From the NCBI GenBank assembly GCA_022750055.1, contig JAKIWL010000002.1:341042-405041 (forward strand): 64,000 nucleotides of DNA, in the 5' to 3' direction. This DNA comes from Thermoplasmata archaeon (GTDB lineage Archaea > Thermoplasmatota > Thermoplasmata > Lutacidiplasmatales > UBA184). Below, one piece after another: positions 8,890-17,022 of the stretch. The notes under the pieces are model-generated. The model worked only from the letters and a program-made list of their open reading frames with translations. It ran no database searches and was not told the origin of the DNA. Positions within the stretch are counted from its first letter, which is position 1. Every line of letters begins with the position of its first letter. The translations under genes and the position numbers were made by a program.

Positions 8890-10053
8890 ATGGTTACCAA
8901 CAACCCCATTCCGGCGAAGGGCGGCAGTCTGATCGGCGCGACGACCATAAACTGGGAGGACGCCTACAAGGGTGACAACGTCATGTGGCGCGTCCCCCGG
9001 AACATCCACTGGGGAGACAACGTCGTGGTCCGGGAGGACGAGACGGCGGTCTTCTTCCGCGACGGCAAGGTCCTTGCGTATCTCGACAAACCCGATCGAT
9101 ACGCCCTCACGAGCCTGAACACCCAACTCCTCGGGGGCCTGGTCCAGGCGCTGTCCGGGGCCCGGCAGGAGGCCGAGGTCTACTATCTGCAGCGACGCAC
9201 GTTCGATGGCAAGTTCGGGAGCCAGGAGCCGTACGTGTTCCGGGATCCGGACTTCGGCCTCGTGAGCCTCCGGGTGTTCGGCGACTACCGGTGGCGGGTC
9301 GCGGGACCGGACCTGTTCATCAATCAGTTCGTCGGCACGTTCGGCGCCGCGACGACCTCCGATGTGGAGGACCGCCTGAGGGACCAGATGGTGCTACTCA
9401 CCTACACGACCCTCGGCCAGCTCAAGGACCAGGGGATGCGCGTGACGGATCTCGCCATGAAGCTGACCACGATCGAGCAGGCGGTCCTGGGCCAAGCGCC
9501 GACGCACTTCAGCCAATTCGGCCTTGAGGTTCAGCAACTGCAGGGCCTCTCCGTGAACCTCCCCGACGAGGTGCAGAAGGCCGTCAACACGCGCTCCCAG
9601 CTGGGCGTCCTCGGCGTGAACTACATGCAATACCAGGCCGGTCAGGCGATGACGACCGCGGCGGCCAACACCTCCGGCGGGGCCGGAGCGTTCGCCGGCG
9701 CTGGAGTGGGCCTGGGAGCGGGGCTCGGCGTCGGATACGGCATGAGCGGGGCGATGATGGGCGCCTACGGCGCGAACACCGGCCCGTCCTCCCCCTGCCC
9801 GAAGTGCTCGACGATGGTTCCCGCCGGGGTCCGGTTCTGCCCGTCGTGCGGCAACGCGATGGGACCCGCCGGCGCGGCGCCGTCGGGTCCGCCCTGTCCG
9901 AAGTGCGGCAGCCCCACCGCCGCCGGGGCCAAGTTCTGCCCGAACTGCGGCGAGTCTCTCGTTCCCCCGCCCGGCAAGACCTGCCCCAAGTGCAACGCGG
10001 CCGTGGCGGGAAACGCCAAGTTCTGCCCGAGCTGCGGTAGCGCGATTCCGTAG
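8890..10053 (+). CDS. SPFH/Band-7-like protein of the YdjI/COG4260 ('virion core protein-like') family with three tandem C-terminal zinc ribbons
   Basis: N-terminal INWEDAYKGDNVMWRV...VVREDETAVFFRDGKV...FRDPDFGLVSLRVFGDYRWRVAGPDLFINQFVG...LPDEVQKAVNTRSQLGVLG..YMQYQAGQAM, a Gly-rich GAGVGLGAGLGVGYG stretch, then CPKCS..CPSCG, CPKCG..CPNCG, CPKCN..CPSCG. This is the architecture of Bacillus subtilis YdjI (pspA-ydjGHI operon). SD-like GAAGGA lies upstream of the ATG. Confidence 0.8.
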   Translation: MVTNNPIPAKGGSLIGATTINWEDAYKGDNVMWRVPRNIHWGDNVVVREDETAVFFRDGKVLAYLDKPDRYALTSLNTQLLGGLVQALSGARQEAEVYYLQRRTFDGKFGSQEPYVFRDPDFGLVSLRVFGDYRWRVAGPDLFINQFVGTFGAATTSDVEDRLRDQMVLLTYTTLGQLKDQGMRVTDLAMKLTTIEQAVLGQAPTHFSQFGLEVQQLQGLSVNLPDEVQKAVNTRSQLGVLGVNYMQYQAGQAMTTAAANTSGGAGAFAGAGVGLGAGLGVGYGMSGAMMGAYGANTGPSSPCPKCSTMVPAGVRFCPSCGNAMGPAGAAPSGPPCPKCGSPTAAGAKFCPNCGESLVPPPGKTCPKCNAAVAGNAKFCPSCGSAIP

Positions 10054-10074
10054 CGCGACGGACGGTCGGACCAC

Positions 10075-11067
10075 ATGAACTGTCCGAACTGCGGAGCGAC
10101 GCTCCCGGACGGAGCCCGGTTCTGCTACTCCTGCGGGCGCCCGCTCGGCGGCGGGGCCGCAGGAGGCATGCCGGCTCCGCCGCCCCCGCCGCCCCCACCC
10201 CCGACGAGCGCGCCCTCGGGGGGCGGGGCCGCGACGGCTCCCGTGAACTGTCCGAACTGCGGCGCCCCCCTGAAGCCGCTCTTCGGCGAGATGGTCATCA
10301 CCTGCGAGTACTGCGGAGCCTCCGTCACCCTCGGAGGGTCCGGCTGGAAGGAGATCAACAAGCATACCCTGCTCCTCCCGAAGGTCACCACCCCGGATCA
10401 GGCGCTCGCGACGGTCCAGAGGTTCCTCGACCAGGGATTCTTTCACCGCAAGGACTTCGAGGAATCCGAGGTCGTCGAGCAGAAGCTCTCCTTCGTCCCG
10501 TTCTGGATCGTGCCGACGGCCGCGACGACCTCTTTTACCTACACGGACGTGGCCGTCAGCGTCGGCAGCACGGTCGCGACGGTCGCGGCGGCCGAGCTAT
10601 TGGGGAGCGCCCTCGGCGGGGGCCGCCGGGGAGGATTCATTCCCATTCCCATGATGATGGGCTCTCCCGTGAACTCGACGCGCCAGGACTCGATCTCGGG
10701 CCAGTACGAGTTCCCGGTCGTCGCGGTCAAGAGCATGAGCGAGTACCAGCCCAAGGACTACAAGTTCCGGCTCGAGGACCGCACTTTCTTCGACCAGAAA
10801 GCGATCCCGAAGGGCTCCCCGGTCCTGAACGGGGACCTCGGCGAGGATGCTGCCCAGCACGCGGCCCGCGCCTTCGTCATGCAACTGCAGTCCGAGGCGG
10901 CCCACAAGAAGCACTCCATGGTGAGCCAGGTGAACACCCAAGTGGAGGTCTCCGAGAGCGAGCTCCTCCACGTGCCGGTGTGGTACTACGTGCTCAATCG
11001 GAAGGGAGTGAAGACGGCCGTGCTCATCGACTCCCACGCCGGCGAAGTGATCCGCACCGTCGGCTGA
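10075..11067 (+). CDS. Double zinc-ribbon protein with a C-terminal domain of unknown function (YdjG-like architecture)
   Basis: MNCPNCGATLPDGARFCYSCG, a P-rich linker (PPPPPPPPP), then NCPNCGAPL...CEYCGAS, then a roughly 230-aa globular region (FVPFWIV...VPVWYYVLNRKGVKTAVLIDSHAGEV). Confidence 0.7.
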   Translation: MNCPNCGATLPDGARFCYSCGRPLGGGAAGGMPAPPPPPPPPPTSAPSGGGAATAPVNCPNCGAPLKPLFGEMVITCEYCGASVTLGGSGWKEINKHTLLLPKVTTPDQALATVQRFLDQGFFHRKDFEESEVVEQKLSFVPFWIVPTAATTSFTYTDVAVSVGSTVATVAAAELLGSALGGGRRGGFIPIPMMMGSPVNSTRQDSISGQYEFPVVAVKSMSEYQPKDYKFRLEDRTFFDQKAIPKGSPVLNGDLGEDAAQHAARAFVMQLQSEAAHKKHSMVSQVNTQVEVSESELLHVPVWYYVLNRKGVKTAVLIDSHAGEVIRTVG

Positions 11068-11124
11068 CCGCCCGGCCGCCGACACGGACCGGCGGTCGGC
11101 CCGACCCTTCGGTCGGTCGGTCGA

Positions 11125-12639
11125 TCATCGCATCGATCCCCGGCGGCTCTCCCGCACTCGGATCTCCTCTTCGTAGAACCGCCGGGCAAACTCCCCCTCC
11201 TCGCGGCCGATCTCGATCGGCCCCGTCCCCGGCTCGGCAAAGTAGCGCACGAGGGCCGCCGCGCTCGCGAGCTTGACGGCCCGGGACTTGAGCCTCGGGG
11301 AGAAGGCCGGGTTCGGGGTCCGCGCGAGCACCTTCTCCGACACCTCCCGGAGGGATCGGTAGATGCCGGGGTCGAGGCGGACCGCCCGGGCCGGGAACCG
11401 GTGCGCGACGAGCGGGTGCCGGGTCTCGATGGCGTGGACGAGGGTCAGATGGTCCCGGAGCGCCGCCGCCTCCGAGAAGTCGATCTCGCCGAGGTCGAGT
11501 CGTTCGGCGCTCGCCTCCACCGAACGGAACCGCTCCCGCGTCATCGGGTGGAAGCGCAGCAGCATTCGGTCCTCCAACGCGGAGAAGTTCGGGTCGTTGA
11601 ACGTGGTCCAGAAGTCCGAGGGACCTGCCGTGCGGACGTTGTAGTTGACCGAGAGGAACGAGCGGAACGTGTACGGGCCGACCACCCCGAGGGTCGTCTC
11701 CCACTTCACCTCGCGCTGCTCCATCACGAGCTTGAGCGGCTCGACCATCCCGCGGTACTTGAACCAGTCATTGAACTCCGGGACGATGAAATTGAACGTC
11801 CGCCCCGCGTAGGACGCGCCGACACGCAGGAACTGGACCGGCGTGATCCCGCCGCAGTACCGGTTGCGCCCGGGGAGGCCGTGCGCGGGGACCCCGGAAC
11901 GTGGGTTCCCCCGGATCATGTCGTCGATCGAGAACGTCTTGCCGGTCCCCGGGGGCCCGAAGAGGGCGAGGTGGAATCCCGTCGAGCCGGTGGGTCGACC
12001 CGTCGGCGCGAGCAAGGGCACATCGGCGAGGGCGTACTGTTGGAGTAGGGAGACGAGCGAATCGGAGAACAACGTTTCGCCGAAGAGCGAGCGTAGGTAG
12101 TCCGCGAGGTGGCCGATCGATAGGCTGCGTCCGAATCGTACAGTCGCCTCGAGCCGGTGGTCGACGATCGCTCTCAGCGCGTCGAGGAACTCCGTGTCCA
12201 TCGAGCGGATCTCGGCCTCCTCATCCGGCACCGGTTGGAGCGCGGCGGGCCCCGCGCTCTCGCTGCGCCAGAGCTCCGTCTCGAGCAGGCGTTCGAGCTC
12301 CTCCGGATACGGGAGCTGGTAGGTCCGGTCCCTGCGCCCTTCGGGCCGGTCGTCGAGCAGTCCGCGCCGCTTCAGGCGCGAGAGGATCCGAGCCGGGTCG
12401 GCGAAGACGCGCTCCGAAGCCATTCGGGCTCGCAGGCTGGACAGACGGAACGTGGCCAGGCGCCCCCGGCCGCTTGCGGGCCGATTTCGGGTGCTCTCAC
12501 GGAGGAGGGCAACGAGGATCCGGACGACCGGGACCTCCTCCGCCTCGATCTCGATCCCGCGTCCGGCCGCCACGGCGAACTCGGGTAGGCGGCCCCGCTC
12601 GTATAGCCGTATGCGGGGAGGCGGCCACGAAGGGTGCAC
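11125..12639 (-). CDS. P-loop NTPase of unknown function (Walker A GPPGTGKT around aa 225, atypical AAA-like)
   Basis: LALFGPPGTGKTFSIDDMI is a Walker A motif, and a possible Walker B lies in NFIVPEFNDW. No canonical AAA SRH/IIFIDEID motif was recognised. A long N-terminal domain precedes the P-loop. The start is uncertain (alternative ATG near 12423, MASERVF). Confidence 0.6.
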   Translation of the reverse strand: MHPSWPPPRIRLYERGRLPEFAVAAGRGIEIEAEEVPVVRILVALLRESTRNRPASGRGRLATFRLSSLRARMASERVFADPARILSRLKRRGLLDDRPEGRRDRTYQLPYPEELERLLETELWRSESAGPAALQPVPDEEAEIRSMDTEFLDALRAIVDHRLEATVRFGRSLSIGHLADYLRSLFGETLFSDSLVSLLQQYALADVPLLAPTGRPTGSTGFHLALFGPPGTGKTFSIDDMIRGNPRSGVPAHGLPGRNRYCGGITPVQFLRVGASYAGRTFNFIVPEFNDWFKYRGMVEPLKLVMEQREVKWETTLGVVGPYTFRSFLSVNYNVRTAGPSDFWTTFNDPNFSALEDRMLLRFHPMTRERFRSVEASAERLDLGEIDFSEAAALRDHLTLVHAIETRHPLVAHRFPARAVRLDPGIYRSLREVSEKVLARTPNPAFSPRLKSRAVKLASAAALVRYFAEPGTGPIEIGREEGEFARRFYEEEIRVRESRRGSMR

Positions 12640-12662
12640 GCGGTTTCGCGTCCGGACCCTGG

Positions 12663-12670
12663 TTTATCTA
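12663..12670 (+). promoter_or_regulatory. TATA-like element (TTTATCTA) about 22-29 nt upstream of the Hjc GTG start
   Basis: AT-rich octamer in a GC-rich divergent intergenic region between the NTPase and Hjc. Confidence 0.35.
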
Positions 12671-12691
12671 TCCCAGCGAGAACGGCCACTC

Positions 12692-13243
12692 GTGCCCCCC
12701 ACCGGGTCCAACTACGAACGCGAGCTGAAGGGGCTCCTCCAGGGCGAGCCCGAATCCCTCGACCGGTACACTCGCGCGCTCTCGGCCAGCGAGCGGTCCC
12801 GCCTTCGGGACACTCCGACCACCCCGTTCCTCGTCGTGCGCGCCGCGGGCTCCTTCGGATTCGACCTCGTCGCCTTGCGGAGCGAATTCGCCTTCCCGGT
12901 CGAGGTGAAGGCCTCCTCGAGCGACACGATCCATTTCTCGGCCGCGAGCGGGAGGGCCGACAAGCAGCTCTACGCGCACCGGCGCACAGTCGAGCGGGTG
13001 GGGCTGATCGTCGTGTACGCCTACCGACGCCTCGGGCATCGGGGGGGCGACCCCTGGCGGCTCTATGCCACAGGGACCAGTCGGTCGGCGGGCCGGTCGG
13101 CGTTCTTGCTCGGTCGACTCCCACCGGTGGAGACGACGCGAGAAGGAAACGCCGTCCTACGTTGGGAGTCGGGATTGCCGCTGAGCCGGTTCCTCGAACT
13201 GGTCAGCCTCCTCACCACCCCGGTGGCGGCTCCCGCCGCATGA
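12692..13243 (+). CDS. hjc: Holliday junction resolvase Hjc (archaeal)
   Basis: GSNYERELKGLLQGE...PFLVVRAAGSFGFDLVALRSEFAFPVEVKASSSDTIHFS matches Hjc catalytic motifs (E..., D in FDLVA, EVK). GTG start at 12692 is proposed (the ORF is open from 12452; another ATG lies at 12611). The stop overlaps the thiolase ATG (ATGA). Confidence 0.7.
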   Translation: MPPTGSNYERELKGLLQGEPESLDRYTRALSASERSRLRDTPTTPFLVVRAAGSFGFDLVALRSEFAFPVEVKASSSDTIHFSAASGRADKQLYAHRRTVERVGLIVVYAYRRLGHRGGDPWRLYATGTSRSAGRSAFLLGRLPPVETTREGNAVLRWESGLPLSRFLELVSLLTTPVAAPAA

Positions 13244-14379
13244 AGGTCCACGTCCGGACGACGGGCGTGACCCGGTTCGGGAAGCGCGCCGAGGGCCTGG
13301 TCGAGCTCCTCGCCGAGGCCGGCACCGCGGCGCTCCAACCCCTCGGCCGAAAGCCGGTGGACCTCCTGCTCGTCGGGAGCATGGCCTCGGACATCCTCGG
13401 GGAGACCGGCAACCTGGTCGCGCGGCTGTCGGACCTGCTCGGTCTCGAGGCGGTCGCCGGGTATCGGATCGAGTCGGCGAGCGCGAGCGGCGCGGCCGCG
13501 GTCCACGCCGGTGCGGTCGCCGTGGCGAGCGGCTCGTACCACCGGGTCCTCGTGGTGGCCGGCGAGAAGATGACGGGACGCCCCACCGCGGACGTCGCGG
13601 CGACGCTCGCGCGATCGCTCGCGCCGGCCGAGTTCCAGATCGGAGCGACGATGCCGGCGTTGGCCGCGATCGTCGCGCAACGGTACCTGCTCCGCCACGG
13701 GCTGACCGAGGAGGTCCTCGACCTCGTCTCCGTGCAGGCCCGTCAGGCGGCCTCCCGGAATCCGAACGCCCAGTTCCGCTCGCCCGTCTCGGTGGAGGAG
13801 GTGCGCGCGAGTCGACTGATCTCGGCACCGCTACGCCTCCTGCATTGCTCGGCCGTGAGCGACGGGGCGGCCGCGGTCGTCCTCGAACACGGCGCCGGCC
13901 CGGTGGAGATCGCCGGGCTCGGCCAGTCGGTGGACCAACTCTCCCTCGTCGACCGCCCCGACCTGACGACGTTCCGAGCGACCCGGGTGGCCGCGCAACG
14001 AGCCTTCGAAGCGGCCCGGTTCGGAGCGAGGTCGGTCTCCTTCGCCGAGGTCCACGACGCCTTCGCCCCGTTCTCCTTCATCGACCTCGAGGACCTCGGG
14101 TTGTGCGATCCGGGGCTCGCACCGGGGCTCTACCGAACGGGCGCCACCCTGCCCGACGGCCGGATACCGGTGAACGTCTCCGGGGGCCTCCTCGGCCGGG
14201 GCCACCCGGTCGGTGCCTCAGGGATCGTGCAGATCGCCGAGGCCGCCCGCCAGTTCACGGGCGAGGCGGGCGCCATGCAACTGCCGGGTCGCCCGGCCGT
14301 CGGGTTGGCGCAATCCATCGGGGGACTCGGGAGCCACAACTTCGTCACGCTCCTCCAACGGGGGGCCTCCGACGGATGA
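13240..14379 (+). CDS. Archaeal thiolase (acetyl-CoA C-acetyltransferase-like, SCP-x/thiolase-like fold)
   Basis: MKVHVRTTGVTRFGKR...LLLVGSMASD...IESASASGAAAVHAGAVAVASGSYHRVLVVAGEKM...LLHCSAVSDGAAAVVL...NVSGGLLGRGHPVGASG; typical archaeal thiolase that partners with DUF35. Both neighbours overlap by 4 nt. Confidence 0.85.
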   Translation: MKVHVRTTGVTRFGKRAEGLVELLAEAGTAALQPLGRKPVDLLLVGSMASDILGETGNLVARLSDLLGLEAVAGYRIESASASGAAAVHAGAVAVASGSYHRVLVVAGEKMTGRPTADVAATLARSLAPAEFQIGATMPALAAIVAQRYLLRHGLTEEVLDLVSVQARQAASRNPNAQFRSPVSVEEVRASRLISAPLRLLHCSAVSDGAAAVVLEHGAGPVEIAGLGQSVDQLSLVDRPDLTTFRATRVAAQRAFEAARFGARSVSFAEVHDAFAPFSFIDLEDLGLCDPGLAPGLYRTGATLPDGRIPVNVSGGLLGRGHPVGASGIVQIAEAARQFTGEAGAMQLPGRPAVGLAQSIGGLGSHNFVTLLQRGASDG

Positions 14380-14714
14380 ACGCCGGCCCGCGCGACATCG
14401 TCATCGCCCGATGCGAAAGTTGCCACGGCCGGTTCCTCCCTCGGCCCGGCGCGTGTCCCCGATGCGGCTCGACCGCCGTGACCCCCCAGCCCATCCCGCC
14501 CTCGGGGGAGATCCTCGCGGCCACGGAACTCTGGGTTCCGGCGACGGGATGGCCCACCCCCCACCGACTTGCCCTCGTCGGCCTCTCGGAGGACGTCCGT
14601 GTGCTCGCCCAGGTCGTGGGCCCGCTCCCGAAGATCGGCTCTCCGGTCCGGGTGGAGCAGGTCGGCGAACGCTACGTCATCCACACCGGGCCCCCTTCGG
14701 ACCCGCCGGCGTAA
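14376..14714 (+). CDS. DUF35 OB-fold/zinc-ribbon protein (thiolase partner or scaffold)
   Basis: IARCESCHGRFLPRPGACPRCGST (rubredoxin-like Zn ribbon) followed by an OB-fold-like segment; the ATG overlaps the thiolase stop (ATGA). Confidence 0.8.
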   Translation: MNAGPRDIVIARCESCHGRFLPRPGACPRCGSTAVTPQPIPPSGEILAATELWVPATGWPTPHRLALVGLSEDVRVLAQVVGPLPKIGSPVRVEQVGERYVIHTGPPSDPPA

Positions 14715-14963
14715 CGCGGGGAGGGGGAATCTCCGGACGGCGGGAACCCCGCCGCCCCTTTGAACCCCCGAGGTGAAACCACCACTGGATTAGCAATCCA
14801 GCGCCTTACCGGGCTGGGCTATCCCCGCGCGGCGCGGCTGACCGCGTTCGGCCCTTTTAACCTGGCGGTGGGCGGCGTGCCCGCGACGGTCGCCCGTCCC
14901 GAGCGTTCCGATTCGCGACGAAGGTCTGATGAGCGGACGCCGTGCTCCCCCGACGAGGGAGCC

Positions 14964-15926
14964 GTGCGGGTCGTCGAGGCCGGAGTGGTCGGCGCGGGCG
15001 CGATGGGGGCGGCGATCGCCGAGCTCCTCGCGTTCAACGGCATTCCGGTCCATCTCAAGGAGGTGGACGAGACCCGCCTTCGCTCGGGCCTCGATCGGAT
15101 CCGGGGACTCGTCAAGGAACTCGTTCAGTTCCATGAACGGCGGGCCGGCGAGGAGATCGCGCGGATCGAGGGGATCGGCCTCACCCTGTCCGAGGTCCAG
15201 CGGGAGGCGATCCGATTTCGATATCGGCCCAAGGTCTCGCGCGGCCAGGGGGAGGAGATCGTCGAGCGGATCCACGGCACCGTGGATTGGAAGCCGTTCG
15301 AACGGGCCGATCTCGTCATTGAGGCGGTCTTCGAGCGGGAGGAGGTCAAGCGTTCCGTCCTCGAATCGCTCGACCGGGTCCTCCCGGACCATGCGGTGAT
15401 CGGGACGAACACCTCGTCGCTGTCGATCACCCGACTCGCACGCGGGCTGCGGCATGCTCCCTCCACGCTCGCGACGCACTTTTTCAATCCTCCGACCACG
15501 CTGCCCCTGGTCGAGGTGGCCGCGGGCGTCGAGACGCGCGAGGAGGTCGTGTCGGAGGCGATCGATTTCTTCCAGGGTCTTCGCAACCACCGGTATCCGA
15601 TGGTCCCGATCCGGGTGAAGGAATCTCCGGGGTTCCTGGTGAATCGGATCCTGCTTCCGGTGCTCAACGAGGCGTGCTCGGCCCTGCAGGAGGGACTCGC
15701 CCCGGCCCGGGACATCGACCTCGCGATGAAGACCGGGGCCGGACTTCCGATGGGCCCGTTCGAGCTCGCGGACCTGATCGGCCTCGACCTCGCCCTCGAG
15801 GTCTCATCGACGCTGGTCCGGGAGACCGGGGACCCGAAGTATCGTCCGCCCCCTCTCCTGCGGCGCTTGGTAGACGCCGGTCACCTCGGGCGGAAGGCCG
15901 GTCGCGGTTTCTACGAATACCCTTAG
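14964..15926 (+). CDS. 3-hydroxyacyl-CoA dehydrogenase (NAD-binding, FadB/HBD family)
   Basis: RVVEAGVVGAGAMGAAIAELLAFNGIPVHLKEVDE (Rossmann GxGxxG); C-terminal HBD domain (GFLVNRILLPVLNEA...PMGPFELADLIGLD). GTG start at 14964 is proposed; the ORF is open from 14760, but that upstream part looks non-coding and structured. Confidence 0.8.
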   Translation: MRVVEAGVVGAGAMGAAIAELLAFNGIPVHLKEVDETRLRSGLDRIRGLVKELVQFHERRAGEEIARIEGIGLTLSEVQREAIRFRYRPKVSRGQGEEIVERIHGTVDWKPFERADLVIEAVFEREEVKRSVLESLDRVLPDHAVIGTNTSSLSITRLARGLRHAPSTLATHFFNPPTTLPLVEVAAGVETREEVVSEAIDFFQGLRNHRYPMVPIRVKESPGFLVNRILLPVLNEACSALQEGLAPARDIDLAMKTGAGLPMGPFELADLIGLDLALEVSSTLVRETGDPKYRPPPLLRRLVDAGHLGRKAGRGFYEYP

Positions 15927-15978
15927 TCCGATCGGGTGCCTCCTCCGGGATCTTCGGGTCTCCCGAGGGCGAATCGGA

Positions 15979-17022
15979 TCAGGGGGCCGCCGGGGGCAAA
16001 ATGCCCGTGGGAATCTGGGGTTGGAAAGTCGATCCCTGCAGAGGGAATCCACCTGCGACGGCGACCGGTGGCAGCGAGGTCCGAGGGGCGGGCGGGGGTT
16101 GGGGGGGTCTGGGCGGGGGGGGAAAGAGGCGTGCCTTCAGAAACCCGGCCATCTCCTTCCATGCGACCTCGGCATTCTCTAGCCGGTACGCGCGCAGATC
16201 GCGGGCAAGGAAATGACGCCCGACGTCGCCGGCGTCGACGAGGGTGAGAAGTCCGGGCGCCAGGCCCTGCTCAAGCTGCTGTCGAGCGCGGAGGGCGAGT
16301 GCGTCCCGTCGCCCGGCCACGAACAGCGTGGGAGCCGTGACGAGGCGGACCAGCTCGGGGGGGCGGACCGGAGCGGGGTAAGCGAGGACCAGGCCCGAGA
16401 GAGTCTGCTCTTTCGTCGCGAGCACGGTCGCCAACGTCGCTCCGTAGGAAAGGCCGACGACGGCCGTCTTCTGGGAGTCCGCCATCGGGGTGGACCGGAG
16501 GTACGACAGGGCATCGGCATACAACTGGGTCAGCCGGGTGACGCCCGGTGAGTCCGCGAGGACGCCGCCCCCTCGAGCGCCCCAACGTAGGGAGAAGTGA
16601 TCCCGGGGTCCGACGATGTGGGTCCGGTCGAGGTCGGGCAACATCACCTCGAACCCCTCGCGCGCGAAGCGGATGGCGCCGTCCAAGATGGCGGTCGTGA
16701 GCCCATGCACCTCCGGCGTGAAGAGGATCCCCGGATGGCGGACGACCTTGGTCGGGGTCAGCAGGATCGCCGGGGCTCGCTCGGTCGGCGCGGCCGAGGT
16801 CGGGAACCACAACCGCTCGCTCCGATACGCAGGGAGCGGCGCACCGGGCGTCACCGTGGTCCCGTTCCATCGCTTGTTCAGGAAATCGATGACGCAGAGC
16901 TTGAAGCGCTCCTTCGATAGTACGATGACGGCCTGACGCTTCCCGCAGACGTCACACACGCCGACGACGCCGCTGCCGAATTCCAGGTCCGGAAGGTCGA
17001 GCAGCAGGTCTGCGTCGGTCAT
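15979..17022 (-). CDS. Dienelactone-hydrolase-family alpha/beta hydrolase with an N-terminal Cys cluster and P-rich C-terminal tail
   Basis: Nucleophile elbow VVGLSYGA (GxSxG); DLH-like topology. N-terminal GVCDVCGKR...KLCVID; C-terminal PPPPRPPQPPPAPRTSLPP. Confidence 0.7.
   Translation of the reverse strand: MTDADLLLDLPDLEFGSGVVGVCDVCGKRQAVIVLSKERFKLCVIDFLNKRWNGTTVTPGAPLPAYRSERLWFPTSAAPTERAPAILLTPTKVVRHPGILFTPEVHGLTTAILDGAIRFAREGFEVMLPDLDRTHIVGPRDHFSLRWGARGGGVLADSPGVTRLTQLYADALSYLRSTPMADSQKTAVVGLSYGATLATVLATKEQTLSGLVLAYPAPVRPPELVRLVTAPTLFVAGRRDALALRARQQLEQGLAPGLLTLVDAGDVGRHFLARDLRAYRLENAEVAWKEMAGFLKARLFPPPPRPPQPPPAPRTSLPPVAVAGGFPLQGSTFQPQIPTGILPPAAP

Noticed and set aside
11068-11124. Inverted repeat (CGGCCGCCG...CGGCGGTCGG) between convergent genes as a possible terminator
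   Set aside because: No oligo-T tract of the kind used for archaeal termination. GC-rich inverted repeats of this size are frequent by chance in this genome.
12634-13239. N-terminal 200 aa of ORF 12634..14379 (+) and the upstream part of ORF 12452..13243
   Set aside because: Low-complexity read-through. The thiolase clearly starts at MKVHVRTTG (13240), and Hjc motifs begin after 12692.
14926-14932. UGAUGA (C-box-like) and CUGA motifs in the 14715-14963 spacer suggesting a C/D box sRNA
   Set aside because: The expected D box about 50 nt downstream of the UGAUGA would fall inside the dehydrogenase coding sequence, and none is present. The motif spacing does not fit a C/D sRNA.
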